Shown here: positions 32,721 to 50,215 of the stretch, piece after piece
Position numbering within the stretch: the first letter of the stretch is position 1
Layout of the letters: each line of letters opens with the position of its first letter
From: the human T2T-CHM13v2.0 reference genome, Homo sapiens
DNA: 64,000 nt
Strand: one strand, 5' to 3'
NCBI RefSeq assembly: GCF_009914755.1
Contig: NC_060928.1
Position numbers and translations under genes: made by a program
Notes under the pieces: model-generated
The model's input: the letters and a program-made list of their open reading frames with translations, nothing else
Told to the model about the DNA's origin: nothing
Databases searched by the model: none

Positions 32721-33555
32721 TGTCTGGCTATCCAAAGTACAAAGCAGTTTAATTTGTAGCTTGCAACGAGTGGTGCAGATCGACCTTAATCCTGTGTAGC
32801 CAAAACAAGGCAGGAATCAGCCCCTCAGGGGCTGCCCTAACGAAAGCAAACTTTTGATTTCACCTTTTCCGTCCCATTTGGATAACATTACCACTTGGAA
32901 GTACCGTGTCTTGTTAGTCTTCGCGGTGGGGGTGGGGGGAATGTTTGCTATGTGCAAATTTTTTAAAAAAAAACATGACAAACTGTCAAAATGACCTGCT
33001 CAACCCAACCACAAGGTAACAATTTTTACATAATGCTGTGAGCCAAGCTGTTAATTCTGCTAACTACCATAACTCGGTACTTTCAAATAAGAAACCCTGC
33101 TTCTCTTCGATAAAATGGAGATAGTATATCCCCAATGATGTTACTGAGTACTTAACAACTTCAGACTTCAAAGCAGGGCCTGGCACGTAGCACTATTATC
33201 TTTAAAGTTTAAATTCGGAGTTCATTCTGTGGATATACAGGACATTCCTACCTATTCTCTCCCTCCCCAAGTCCACCATGCTAACAGCATACTAGTGCAG
33301 TGCTGTCACACAGCAAGCGAAGCCAATGTACAAACTGAAATGGTCACACTTAGCCTAAGAAACTGACAATCCCACTCCAGCTCCTGCCAACTTTTTAAAT
33401 TAAAACTTTAGTAGCTCATATAACATTAAAAAAATATACTTGGGCTATCTCACTTTGTTGATCTACAGATTTGACAGTTCAGTCACAAAGAAATGTGCTT
33501 AGTTATTGCTGCTAGATGAGATACTCAAAACAAGTTCCTATTACAACCAAGCAAA

Positions 33556-33591
33556 TTTAATACACAACTAGTTTGGGATATGACCTTTATT
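33556..33591 (-). terminator. H2AZ1: H2AZ1 polyadenylation signal region
   Basis: AATAAA on the minus strand at 33586-33591, about 355 nt after the stop codon, followed by GT-rich sequence and an ATTAAA at 33556-33561. Fits a polyadenylated, replication-independent histone variant. Confidence 0.8.
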
Positions 33592-33945
33592 GAACTTATC
33601 CACCAGAGTGGAAATAATGTCTGTACAAAACCAAATGTTTGTTACTATAACTTCTGCATCACAATTAAAATCCAAACAGTTTTTTAAAAACAGTCAACTC
33701 AATCAAAACCCACTACTTCAGAATCAATAGCTTCTTTGAAGCCACAGTAACACTTAAATATGGTTAAGACTCGAATGCAGAAATTTGGTTGGTTGGAAAG
33801 CTAATTAAACTTCCAACTTGCTCAAATAGAATTACAAAAAGGCAAAATTGTGTTTTTCACAGAGATACAGTCCACTGGAATCACCAACACTGGACAGCTG
33901 TTAGAGTATTTAGAGTCCTGAGATAACAAGGAATCCAGGCATCCT

Positions 33946-34007
33946 TTAGACAGTCTTCTGTTGTCCTTTCTTCCCAATCAGAGATTTGTGGATGTGTGGA
34001 ATGACAC
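33946..34007 (-). CDS. H2AZ1: Histone H2A.Z.1 exon 5, coding part (62 bp)
   Basis: Translates (G)VIPHIHKSLIGKKGQQKTV then TAA. Exon sum 3+78+114+130+62 = 387 nt = 128 aa + stop. The terminal Val is diagnostic of H2A.Z.1. Confidence 0.98.
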
Positions 34008-34294
34008 CTAGGAGAGTGACAGGAATTAATTCTACTTAAGATTTTTTAAAAAATCACAGTATTTGAAACCAAGAAAGTGTATACTGTTCAACTTGAAAGG
34101 TATCTTTAAAAACATGCAGCTCAAGTATGAAGTAAAAATTCATTGAGTTATACATATAAATCAAATTTCATGATACAACCATACTTCCATCATTGAAAAT
34201 ATACTTAAATTTCCTCTCCTGGAAAAACTAATTAAAAGCAGCAAAAAATTCCTTCCTCTGAAGAAATTTTTTAAAATGTTAGAAGTTAACATAC

Positions 34295-34424
34295 CACCAC
34301 CAGCAATTGTAGCCTTGATGAGAGAATCCAATTCTTCATCTCCACGAATAGCAAGTTGCAAGTGACGAGGGGTAATACGCTTTACCTTTAAGTCTTTTGA
34401 TGCATTTCCTGCCAGTTCAAGTAC
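34295..34424 (-). CDS. H2AZ1: Histone H2A.Z.1 exon 4 (130 bp)
   Basis: Translates [43 protein letters not shown] plus 1 nt; ttttag| acceptor and |gtatgt donor; ends in phase 1. Confidence 0.98.
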
Positions 34425-34756
34425 CTAAAAGGCAGAATCTGTCAGTTGCCTTCCAACTTTCCTTTGGCCAAGATTCAGAGAACAGAATAAAACCCTCACA
34501 AACGCAGATCTACCAACTGGAATCGTTCCTCACTATCTGACTGGCAAGATATACAGGGGGCACGCAATTTTAATTCCAAGAGCAGAGAACTCAAGCTCAG
34601 TAGGATCCTTGTTGAACACCAGCTCCCTCTAGCGTTCTCTTAGGCCTCTCGCCGCGTTCAGGGCCTGGGAGTTTTCTTGCATCACTTTCCTCCTTCCCTC
34701 TTGCCGCCTCCCCGCCCCCCAAACCTTCTCCGGATTATAGGCGTTCACCCATTTAC

Positions 34757-34870
34757 CTCTGCGGTGAGGTACTCCAGGATGGCTGCGCTGTACACAGCGG
34801 CAGTCGCGCCCACACGTCCATGACTGGTCGTCCTAGATTTTAGGTGTCGATGAATACGGCCCACTGGGAA
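34757..34870 (-). CDS. H2AZ1: Histone H2A.Z.1 exon 3 (114 bp)
   Basis: Translates [38 protein letters not shown]; tttaag| acceptor and |gtaaat donor. The Ser in LKSRTT is diagnostic of H2A.Z.1. Confidence 0.98.
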
Positions 34871-35146
34871 CTTAAATTTTAAGCATACACAAACATAAAT
34901 GCACAAAAATGAGAACTAGAGATGGGGAAATTATATGCGCGCCAAAGCAAGGGGCACGGGCGCAGCAACGCGTCCCGACATCGAAACACGTGATTCCTCC
35001 CCCCCATATTTATCGTATGGGCAGCCCAAGTCGCGACACCGCATCACCCACGCATACACAAAACGCCCATCGAGAGCGATGAATAACAAAAAAGGAAATG
35101 CAAAGAAAAACATCATGACTCCCAGACTGCACGAACAACTACTGAC

Positions 35147-35224
35147 CTGCAAGCCGGCTCTCTGCGAGCGGGAAACCGCCTTTGTCTTGGCCTTTCCGGA
35201 GTCCTTTCCAGCCTTACCGCCAGC
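35147..35224 (-). CDS. H2AZ1: Histone H2A.Z.1 exon 2 (78 bp)
   Basis: Translates AGGKAGKDSGKAKTKAVSRSQRAGLQ; flanked by ccgcag| and |gtcagt. The Thr in KAKTKA is diagnostic of H2A.Z.1. Confidence 0.98.
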
Positions 35225-35651
35225 CTGCGGCGCGCACACGCCCGCGAGCGGAGGAGGAACGGAGAATATAGAATTACCAAGGCGGCGCGCCCATCCCCCA
35301 CCGCGGCGCGTCCCGCCGCGAGCGCGTCCCCGCACCCTGCCGGGGTCTCCGGCCCGCGGCGCGCCGCAGGGGCGACCCCGCCCGTTCGCCCCCCGCCGCG
35401 CGCTCGCCACGGCCGCGCGCCTCCGCCCGCCGGCCCCCAGCGGCGCTGCGCGCGCCACCCAACCGTCGCCGCCCGCCGCGAGATCCGAGGCTGCTCCGCT
35501 AGCAGCCGACAAAACACCTCCCCCCACTCTTCTAAATCCTGTCTCCGCGCGTTCCCAACCGTCGCCACTTCACCCCCATCCCTCTGTGTAACGGGTTTTT
35601 CTCTCGCCGGCAAAAACCCGCGGAGTCATCGAGCGTCTCTGCGAAGTTTAC

Positions 35652-35654
35652 CAT
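35652..35654 (-). CDS. H2AZ1: Histone H2A.Z.1, coding part of exon 1 (ATG only)
   Basis: Minus strand reads ...GAATTCGAA ATG|gtaaac: start codon directly followed by a GT donor. The 5' UTR runs to about 35759, with a TATA box about 30 bp upstream. Confidence 0.95.
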
Positions 35655-35784
35655 TTCGAATTCCGCTGAAGCTCAAGCAAGCAAGGCAGAGAAAAGGCTA
35701 ATCGGACCCACGGTGAGATCCCACCACCTACTCCTTCGTCGCACCGCGATTCAAACTGCGCTGTCTCCCGCCTTCCCTGCTCCC

Positions 35785-35941
35785 TTTATACTGCAGAATG
35801 TTCCCTCATCCGGGAACTCGGATTGCTCATCCCACCAATGGCTGCCACCCGCCCTCGGGACGCGTCCTTGAGACTTCAGCCAATGAGCAAGCGAAGAAAA
35901 GGGTGGAGGGGCGGGCGCTTCTAATCTCAAGCCGCGATTGG
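35785..35941 (-). promoter_or_regulatory. H2AZ1: H2AZ1 core promoter: TATA, CCAAT boxes, GC box
   Basis: TATAAA (minus) at 35785-35790; CCAAT at 35835-35839 and 35880-35884; ATTGG at 35937-35941; GGGGCGGG at about 35908-35915. Confidence 0.85.
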
Positions 35942-35949
35942 GGCGTGGG

Positions 35950-37950
<2,001 letters not shown>

Positions 37951-38326
37951 TCTTTTTTGCTATTTGGTTTATTTTCTTTCTTCGATTTGGAAGCAGCAAG
38001 CTTGAAACCTGCCCAAAGTATACACAACCAAGTCTTCCAACATCCAAACTAAAATCCAAAATTGGTTTAATAACTCAATAATTTTCCTTCAGAGAACAGG
38101 ACAGTATTACTTTCTGCACTTTTCTCAGAGTGGTATGATGATTTCCTACTCTTTTTCCTGCCCCCCCCAGAAAAGGTATGATGCAAATATGTTAATATTG
38201 TTGGTTTATCTTTCCAGTTCCTGTGTTAATAGTAATGCATGTATATAATGTACTTAGCCAGAGCTATGTAATTACTTTTGTTTAATGCCATACCCAATTA
38301 GTTCTCTCACCATAAAAAAATATGAG

Positions 38327-38572
38327 ATGCCAAGGCAAGAGGATCACTTCAGCCCAGGTGTTAAAGACCAGGCTGGGCAACATAGCGAGACCCCATCTCT
38401 ACTAAAAATACAAAAATTAGCAAGGCATGGTGGCCCCTGCCTGTGGTCCCATCTACTCGGGAGGCTGAGGTGGAAGGACCACTTGAGCCCATGGTTGCAG
38501 TGAGCCATGATTGTGCCACTGAATTCCAGCCTGTGTGATAAACTGAGATCCTGTCTCGAAAAAACAACAAAA
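38327..38572 (+). mobile_element. 5'-truncated Alu (J-like)
   Basis: Alu consensus lacking roughly the first 40 bp. Confidence 0.82.
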
Positions 38573-39570
38573 AATCCTCAGATGAGGTAGGCGAACCCAC
38601 TATTATTGACACTTTCCTTAATAGCCTTTTCCTAACTAAGCCAGATTTTCCATGACTAGTTGCTATCTCCTTTGAAACACTAGCATGTATGTTAACTACT
38701 ATTGTTCTTGTCTTTTTATGTAGAGAATTTGAGAGTCTTACAATTGGGAATTATAAATTTCTCAACTACATCTTGCCTTAAAAACGTATTTTTAAGAAAA
38801 TATGAATAAGTTCTCAAGTTATTTCCAAGGATATTAGCCTAGATCGATAATGGCGGCAAAATTCTTTTCATCAGGAAATCTACATTAGAATCTTGGTTCT
38901 CTCTACCTAGGGCACCTAGGAAAAATATGTGCCTTCAAGGATTCACACAGCTGTGAATAACTGAGTTCCAGTGTGGTATTATGCAAAATATTGAACTAGA
39001 GTAAAAGAATGAGGGTTGAGTTTGGGTAGCCACTTACTTGCTATATGGCCTGAAGTATGTAAAACACTGAGGCACAGTTTCATTTATTAAATAGGGATTC
39101 GTAACACCAGATAAACCAACTTGATAGAATTGTGAAAGAGTTTCGTTAAGTGCGAAGAATATGTAGAGTGATGTAATAATATTTTTGGCACCGAGGCCAT
39201 AGTCCTTCCTGAATTCTGTTTAGGTTGAGAAGCCTATGTGTTTAATTCAGTGTTGATAAAACCAAAGCCATCGATTTAAATTCCAAATTGCCCAGCTTTG
39301 CACTTCTCATGATCACAGATTGCACACAGGTAACAATTCACAAATGCAGGGAATAGATGACAAAGATCAGCAGAATCTACTCCACCCAGATCCACTGCCA
39401 TTTCAGGAAAACAAAAGATCATGCTTTTAATATAGCACTAATTTACTTTTTCCATACATTAGTCCTCAGAATTTTTGGAAATTTATTGTTTTAAAATTAA
39501 AAAATCAAGATTCTTATCATATCCTTTTATTATCTATTATTGATATCAATATCGATCTTTAGGATTTTCA

Positions 39571-40605
<1,035 letters not shown>

Positions 40606-41039
40606 TTAGTATTTTTGTGACACTTATCTCCACAGCTAAATTGTAAATACAGTAATGCCCCTATTGCATATTTCTAACATAGTGACCAAGGAAATTGTTG
40701 TAGAGATTTGACACATTTTTATTACTGTATTGTCTTCTTTTGTCTGTATATATGCAACTGAGATGGAAGGCAATACCATACATTATACCGCATGATACAT
40801 AACCATTCCCTAATAATAGAATATATGATAGCACTAGATTGGTGCTGTCAGCCTGTTAGGTAAAATAGAGCATAGCCATCAAGTCATTCTACTTTCCAGG
40901 CAATACACCAAGAATAGCAGTTGGGAGATGGGATATGTAGTGCTTAGGAGCTTCCCTCAATCTAGCTAAGAAGATTAAACAGGGAGGAAAATTCAAACAA
41001 TGTCTTAATCATTAAAACCACATTAAGAAGGCTGTTACA

Positions 41040-41505
<466 letters not shown>

Positions 41506-41524
41506 TTAGAAGGTAGGACACATA

Positions 41525-41930
41525 GTGTTTTAGTCTGTTTCGTGCTACTGTGATGAAATACCTGAGACTGCATAGTTTATAAAGAACAGAAATTTATTTC
41601 TTACAGTTTTAGGGGCTGGGAAGTCCAAGATCAAAGCAGTGGCAGGTTTGGCTGTCTGGTTGAGGGCTGCTCTCTCCTTCGAAGATGGAGCCTTGATGTT
41701 GTATCTTCTAGAGTGGAGAACACTGTGTCCTTACATTGTGGAAGGCAAAGAAAGTTGAAAAGGGATGAACCCTCTCCATGAAGCCCTTTTATGAGGGCAC
41801 CTAATCTCAATCATGAGGGTGGTCCCATGACTCAATCTCCTCCCAATGGCCACACCTGCCAACACTTTTGCATTGTGAACTAAGTTATAGCATAATTTTT
41901 GAAGGGGACAAAAACATTCCAACCATAGCT
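41525..41930. mobile_element. MaLR solo LTR (MST/MLT1A class)
   Basis: Contains tgttttagtctgttt...gggaagtccaagatcaa...ttccaaccatagc. Confidence 0.8.
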
Positions 41931-42491
41931 AATGTTCATCAGAATAAAGCTAAATTTGGTCTTGAAAATAAGTTTTGACCAAAAGGTGTAAACTTCAGTG
42001 GTGGGTGCAACATCCAGGAAGTTTCCTTAAATGAGGCAAACCAATTTTTTATTTTTGCTGACTGGATTGAAGACAGAATTGGAGAGCCATCTTGAACCAT
42101 GAAATGAGCTTAGGAATATAGGCCACACATGAGGGAATAACAAGATAAATGGAGCAAAGGCCTTAGATACTATGGAGTCTCAAACCTACCCTGGATCTCT
42201 CTGAACATGGGCATCTATTTTGTTTGAGCCCCTTTTATTTTGGGTCATCTTTCACTTGCAGCTGAACCCAATCCTAACTATTATAATGAGTCAATACCCT
42301 AAATACTTGGAGAAAGATAGCAGACTTTACCCTGAGAGACTGAGGAACCAATTAATATTTCTGAGAAAGAAAGAATACAGGGTTCCTCATTTTTAGGATA
42401 CTAATCTAATATGGGTTACAGGGCAAATCAGAAAAGAGAAAAATTTTGTTAGAAGGCTGATAAAGTTGATATCAGTTAGGTATAAAGCCTA

Positions 42492-43177
42492 TGATACAGT
42501 TTTGCTGTGTCCCCACCCAAATCTCATCTTGAATTCCCATGTGTTGTGGGAGGTACCAAGTGGGAAGTAATTGAATCATGGGGGCAACTCTTTCATGTGA
42601 TGTTCTCATGACAGTGAATAAGACTCACGAGATCTGATGGTTTCATTGTTTTGTTATGTTTTGCTTTTTTTGAGAAAGAGTCTCCCTCTGTCACCCAGCC
42701 TGGAATGCAGTGGCACGATCTCAGCTTACTGCAACCTCTGCCTCCCAAGTTCAAGCCTCAGCTTCCCAGAGTAGCTGGGACTACAGGCGTGCACCACCAC
42801 ACCCAGCTTTTTTTTTTTTCTTTTTTTGTATTTTTAGTAAAGATGGGGTTTCATCATGTTGGCCAGGCTGGTCTCAAACTCCTGACCTCAGGTGATCCGC
42901 CTGCCTCAGCCTCCCAAAATGCTGGGATTACAGGTGTGAGCCACCACATCTGGCCGAGATCTGATGGTTTTAAAAACAGGAGTTTTCCTGCACAAACTCA
43001 TTCTCTCTTTGCCTGCTGCCATCCATGTAAGATGGGACTTGTACCTCCTTGCCTTCTGCCATGATTGTGAGGCTTCCCCAGCCACGTGGAAATGTAAGTC
43101 CAATTAAACCTCTTTCTTTTGTAAATTGCCCAGTCTCAGGTGTGTCTTTATTAGCAGCATGAAAACAGACTAATACA
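42492..43177. mobile_element. THE1 (THE1A-like) solo LTR with a minus-strand Alu inserted at 42644-42955
   Basis: TG...CA termini; 5-bp TSD GCCTA at 42487-42491 and 43178-43182; Alu TSD gagatctgatggttt at 42629-42643 and 42956-42970. Confidence 0.9.
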
Positions 43178-43514
43178 GCCTAAAACTTACATAACACTGA
43201 AACCAAGAGAAGGTTGTAAAACATCTTGAAAGAAAAAGCACTAATATTTTGTTATTAAATATGCTGTTTAGGAAGATGTAGGGGGGATGGTGGATACTAA
43301 GCACTTAAGAGAAAAGAGCCAGGTTTTTGAGGTTGGTGGTCTGGGATATAAAGTAAAAGATCATCTATAGAATAGGAGAGGTAAAAGGATAGATGCAAAT
43401 TAAGAGGGGTAGAGAAAGAGGTAAGTCAGGAAAGTTATGAAATATTGACTGTACATTGACATTAGGGGAATCCAAGTGGAATTTCCTACTAAGTATGTTG
43501 GCAATAAGAGAAAG

Positions 43515-44225
43515 CAATCATTAAAAAGTCAGGAAACAGCAGATGCTGGAGAGGATGTGGAGAAATAGGAACACTTTTACACTGTTGGTGGGACTGTAAA
43601 CTAGTTCAATCATTGTGGAAGACAGTGTGGCAATTACTCAAGGATCTAGAACTAGAAATACCATTTGACCCAGCCATCCCATTACTGGGTATATACCCAA
43701 AGGATTATAAATCATGCTACTATAAAGACACATGCACACATATGTTCATTGCAGCACTATTCACAATAGCAAAGAGTTGGAACCAACCCAAATGCCCATC
43801 AATGATAGACTGGATTAAGAAAATGTGGCACATATACACCATGGAATACTATGCAGCCATAAAAAAGGATGAGCTCATGTCCTTTTTGGGGACATGGATG
43901 AAGCTGGAAACCATCATTCTCAGCAAACTATCGAAAGGACAGAAAATCAAACACTGCATGTTCTCACTCATAGGTGGGAATTGAACAGTGAGAACAATTG
44001 GACACAGGGCAGGGAACATCACACACTGGGGGAGGCGGGAGGGATAGCATTAAGAGAAATACCTAATGTAAATGACGAGTTAATGGATGCAGCACACCAA
44101 CATGGCACATGTATACATATGTAACAAACCTACGCATTGTGCACTTGTACTCTAGAACTTAAAAGTATAATAAAATAAAAAAAATAAATAAATAAAAATT
44201 TTGAATTAAAAATAAAAGAAAGAAA
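43515..44225 (+). mobile_element. 5'-truncated L1PA (ORF2 C-terminus, 3' UTR, poly(A))
   Basis: ORF 43613..43984 (WKTVWQLLKDLELEIPFDPAIPLLGIYP...) is the L1 ORF2 C-terminal region. Confidence 0.92.
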
Positions 44226-44814
44226 ATTAAAAGGCAGCCAAAGAAAAAGACCTAGAAAAGTAAAGTGTGATTTCACAGTGGGCACAACAACTTTACACTA
44301 AACTAGAAAACTCTCTTTAGTTATAACATCTAACAAGATGGTGTTCACATTTCTGCATGTGTATTGCTAGCTTTGCATAATGAACTTCAAACCTGTTTTT
44401 GATCTGTGATACTTGACTGTTCACCAAAGATGAAATGTTGACATGGATTCTGTCACTAAATTGGGTATTACCAAAACTCTTGGTTGTTATGTACATTTCT
44501 TGTGCCCAATGTTACAAAAGAATCATAACTGAGAAAAACTCATGGGCTAAATTCCTTATGTTTGAAATTCCATACAGCTTTCTTAAAGGGAATCTAAGTG
44601 CCACATTTGTCCTAAAAGAGAGGCGCCACAAAATAGAGTGTAAAGTTATACAACATATACTTCACACCCCTCCACAGATTCAGCCTCAGGGCAGGAACCG
44701 TATAAAAAGTGTGACCATCACACCTTTTATTAAAATCCCAAAACAGATGTATGTGACTCCCCAGTCCTTTCAATAGGATGGAAATGGCTCAGAGAAGAGT
44801 CCAAAGGCTTTTCT

Positions 44815-46051
44815 TTCAATAAATAATCCTGAGATAACTGGCAAGCCACATGTAGAAAAATGAAACTGGGTCCTCATCTCTCACCTTATAAAAAAGATCA
44901 ACTTATGATGGATCAAATAGTTAAATCTAAGACCTGAAACCATAAAATTTCTAGAAGATAACATTAGAAAACTCTTCTAGACATTGTCTTAGGTAAAGAA
45001 TTCATGGCTAAGTACCCAAAAGCAAATGCAACATAAACAAAAATATATAAATGGGACCTAATTAAACTAAAAAGCTTTTGCATAGCAAAAGAAATAGTCA
45101 GCAGAGTAAACAGACAACCCACATAGTGGGAAAAAATATTTGTAAACTATGCATCTGACAAAAGGACTAATATCCAGGATCTACAAGGAACTCAAACAAA
45201 TCACCAAGAAAAAAACCAAATAATCAAAAGACATGAATAGGCAATTCTCAAAAGAAGATATAGAAACAGTCAACAAACATATGAAAAAATGCTCAACATC
45301 ACTAATTATCAGGGAAATGCAAATTGCAACCACAATGAGATACCACCTCACTCCTGCAAGAATGGCCATAATTAAAAAATCAAAAAATAACAGCTGTTGG
45401 TGTGGATGTTGTGAAAACGGAGTTCTTTTACGCTACTGGTGGGAATGTTAACTAGTACAATCACTATGGAAAACAGTATGGAGATTCCCTAAAGAACTAA
45501 AATTTGAATGGCCATTTGATTGAGCCATCCCACTTCTGGGTATCTACCCAAAGGAAAAAGAGTCATATGTGAAAAAGAAACATGTACATTCATGTTTATA
45601 GCAGCACAATTCACAATTGCAGAAATATGAAACCCTCCTAAATGACCATCAACCAACAAGTGGATAAGGAAAATATCGTATATGTATATATATTATAAAT
45701 ACTACTCAGCCATAAAAAGGAACAAAATAATGGCATTCGCAGCAACCTGGATGGAGCTGGAGGCAATTATACCATGTGAAGTAACTCAGTAATAAAAAAC
45801 CAAGCATCATATGTTCTCACTTATAAATGGGAGCTAAGCTATGAGGATGCAAAGGTGTAAGAATAATATAATGGACATTGGGGACTCTTGGGGAAGGGTT
45901 GGAGGGGGTGAGGGATAAAATACTATACATTGGTGGGCACTGCTCGGGCGACGGGTACACTAAAATCTCAGAAACTGCCATTAAGGAACTTATTCATGTA
46001 ACCAAAAACCACCTGTTCCCCAAAAACTACTGAAATAAAATGTTTTAAAAT
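44815..46051 (+). mobile_element. 5'-truncated L1PB-like element
   Basis: L1 ORF2 C-terminus and 3' UTR; perfect TSD aaaggcttttct at 44803-44814 and 46052-46063. Confidence 0.88.
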
Positions 46052-46887
46052 AAAGGCTTTTCTACACCCTTAGACTTTCTCAACTCTGTTTTGTAGTGGA
46101 ATGCGGGGGTAGAGGAGCTTAAAGTCATTGGTTAGCACAGCATAACCTAGTGGAAACAAATACAGCTGTCAATGCATCTGAGAATTATCTTGGTAAATAT
46201 TGTATCTATTGTTATTGAATTACTGTTATTGGAATTTAATATTGTTAGCGCCCAAGCAGAGAATAAAAGAGCAGTGCTTTTGTGCATAGGAATAGATACA
46301 TGGTTATCAGATAATGATCAGTGAGTCAGCAGATTTAGGATATTTGAGACATGATATTGAAGATCAACTGCTCTAAAAGACTTCCTGAGGATTCATTTCA
46401 ATCTCAAAACATCCAAGGTAGACATGAGCAGAGCTTATCTTTATTTTAAAAGACGAAAAAATAGATTTAAGGGACATTCAGACATACAATGACCAGATTC
46501 AGGTCCTCCATGCTCTTTCTGTAACTTTGTACTTCTAAATGAAACACTTCTCAGAAGAGGATTTAATTAGTGCCTATGTCTCTACATACCTGTGATTTTC
46601 TTTGTCTTTAATGAAATATGTAAACTCTATTATTGAACAACTTTTAAGACATCAATGACATTCTTTCTAGATGAATATTGTTTTCATTGTTTCCTACTGT
46701 CCTCATAGTTTGTGAAATAGTCATTTCTTCCATAATCCTTCTCTACTGCTCAGATTCTCAGCAGGAAATAGAGACAATCTCTTCCTCCATTAATGGATTA
46801 GTCCAACATCTCTAGGCAAGAGCTGTCCAGGGGACTTCTCATATTTCACCACAAGATATAAAAATTTACATGCTGGCTCTTTGTTTA

Positions 46888-47205
<318 letters not shown>

Positions 47206-47689
47206 CTTTTTTTTCCTGTTTTAAAATTAAAACAGTATACTCAACTTAATTCTCAAAAATAAAACAAGTCCCTTTTTTCCCCAGCTAAGCTGACAATTCA
47301 GAAATTTTACAAAACATGTAGGGAGAGGAGAAAGTCTGGTAAATAAGTGTTATTGTATATTATAATGTGGAAGTACTTGCTTCACATCACTGATTTTGCA
47401 ATGTAGTAAAACTACTCATTTGCAGAAAGTGCTTCCTCAAATTAATGAATATTATGAATTATACTGCACTTAAACATAAATGGAGTATAAACATATGAGA
47501 TGTATAAATATAAACATATAACAAATTTATAATACTTTTACATATGAATATATATAAAACTCCAAGTAGCTGCTAATCAGTGTTGTCAAGAACAAATACT
47601 AGTACATTTGCTTTTTAAAAAAAAAGATTTATAATAGCATTATTTGAAAATTTATCAAAGCTCAAGAATTTTAAAAATAATATGTTTGA

Positions 47690-48060
<371 letters not shown>

Positions 48061-48291
48061 TAGTTAAATTTCCAAAGACATGTTGAAAATTCCAGATGAC
48101 TAGTATCTGAAATATTGCAGCTCTGTTCTTGGTTGGCTGTGGCAATTTGATTGTCCTACAATGCTTGGGGACATAACTTGAAACTACAGTTATAAACAAG
48201 CAACATTTTTATTCAGACTGCATATTTTGGAGGTGGCCAAATCTCCCCAAGTCACCCCTACATGCTGAAATTTGTTTTGAATGATAGCTAA

Positions 48292-48613
<322 letters not shown>

Positions 48614-49956
48614 TAAAATTGTAGCTGTCATTAGCTTCCTCACTCCATTTGCTTCTCACATTTCCAAAACCTACTTTGAGTGGACAAGGCACCATTGCAC
48701 TTACATGATCTTCCTATGGATTATGGATTATAAATATGTATATAAACATTGGGGAAAAACACTGAAGAATATCAAGTAGGTAATCAAAGCCCTGAATGGC
48801 TGAGACTGGCTCACTGTTCACCAGACCCATTTCTTCTTCCTATGAGGGGTGGCCGTGTGATGGGTTCTTGTCAATGTGTCTAGAAGTGACATGTGTTATT
48901 TCAACATGGAGGCTTTTAAAAAGTAGGTGTGCCTCCTATGCCTTCTTTTTCTGTATTTGAGAGTTGTACACATATGACTCCACAGCACAGAAGAGGTTAA
49001 ATTCACAAGATTGAACACATGAAAGGATACCTGACAATCAGGAACACTGACACTTAAATTATGTTAAGCCATCACAATTTTGTTGTTTTCTTTTGTTATA
49101 GTAGTTAGCCTTCCCTAACTAGTATGCCTGGTCTACAATCACAACACAATCAATGTAAAGACATTTTAAAGAGATTTATATCTATGTAATAATTCATTAT
49201 TAGGACACTAGTCTCATTTGCTAATTAGTATATAATAGAAGAAGTTTCGGCAAACATTTTCTCCTAAATAACCCTTATTTTAATCATTCTTTACTTTTAA
49301 AAAGACTGTGCTTTGCAAAAATAAGAAGAAAATTATTCACAAGGTTATTTATTGTGGCGTTTGCAACAGCAAGTGATTGGAAAGAATTATCATATGATCA
49401 TTGATAGATAACTTAGTGAAAAAAATATGGTACATAGACCCAATGACGTAGGATGGAGCACTGAAAAGTAATGAGGAAAATATTTACACACAAATACAGA
49501 GTGATCTCCAGGATGTATTATTAAGTGAAAGAAATAAAGTGCAGCAAATGGTATGTAGTAAATTATGTGAGGGATAAAATGTTGCATAAATGGTCATATT
49601 TACAAAACAACAATAGTGGATGAATAAATGAAAAATTAATAAAAATTATTACAGTGAATGGAAGGGGAGAGAAGACAGAGAACAAGTTTGAAGACTCTTT
49701 CACTGGCCAAAATGGAATACATTGAGCATCAAAAATAATAATGAACACAAGTTTGAGTCAAGCCTATTGAATTTTTAAAAAGTAATGAGTTCAAATTGAA
49801 GAGAAGAGAGTTCAGAGAGAAGACAGAGGAGGAGAAAGAAAAAGGTAGAAAGAGAGGAGGAGAGAGAAAAAAAAATTTGCTGGATGCTGTTGGAAGTGTC
49901 CACAGCACCAACTCATTACTCATATCTCAAGACTGATAATTAAAGGTGAAGAAGTA

Positions 49957-50215
49957 GGCCAGGCAAAGTGGCTCCCGCCTTAGGGAGGCTGTAGAGGAGG
50001 ATTGCTTGAGGCCAAGAGTTAGAGATCAGCCTGGGCAACACAGTGAGATCTCTTCTCTAAAAAAGAAAAATTAGCTGGGCACAGTGGCACTTGCCCATGG
50101 TCCCAGCTGTTCTGGAGGCTGAGGTGGCAGGAGGATTGCTTGAGCCAAAGAGGTTGAGGCTGCAGTGAGCCATGTGACAGAGTGAGATCTTGTCTCAAAT
50201 AAATAGATACAAATA
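49957..50215 (+). mobile_element. Degenerate AluJ within old L1M sequence
   Basis: Alu consensus with internal deletions. Confidence 0.75.

Noticed and set aside
31605-32799. Several overlapping 60-176 aa ORFs around DNAJB14 exon 1
   Set aside because: Shadow ORFs of the GC-rich island; only 31923-32055 has splice and homology support.
33600-33945. Histone 3' stem-loop in the H2AZ1 3' UTR
   Set aside because: No canonical GGYYYTTYTNARRRCC stem-loop seen; the gene has introns and an AATAAA signal.
34931-35527. 198-aa minus-strand ORF suggesting an N-terminally extended H2A.Z
   Set aside because: It starts at GTG inside intron 1 and simply runs through exon 2 into intron 2. Intron 1 is 427 nt, so retention from the real ATG is out of frame.
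34935-35591. 218-aa plus-strand ORF antisense to H2AZ1
   Set aside because: Low-complexity Pro/Arg/Ala ORF expected in a stop-poor CpG island; no recognisable domain.
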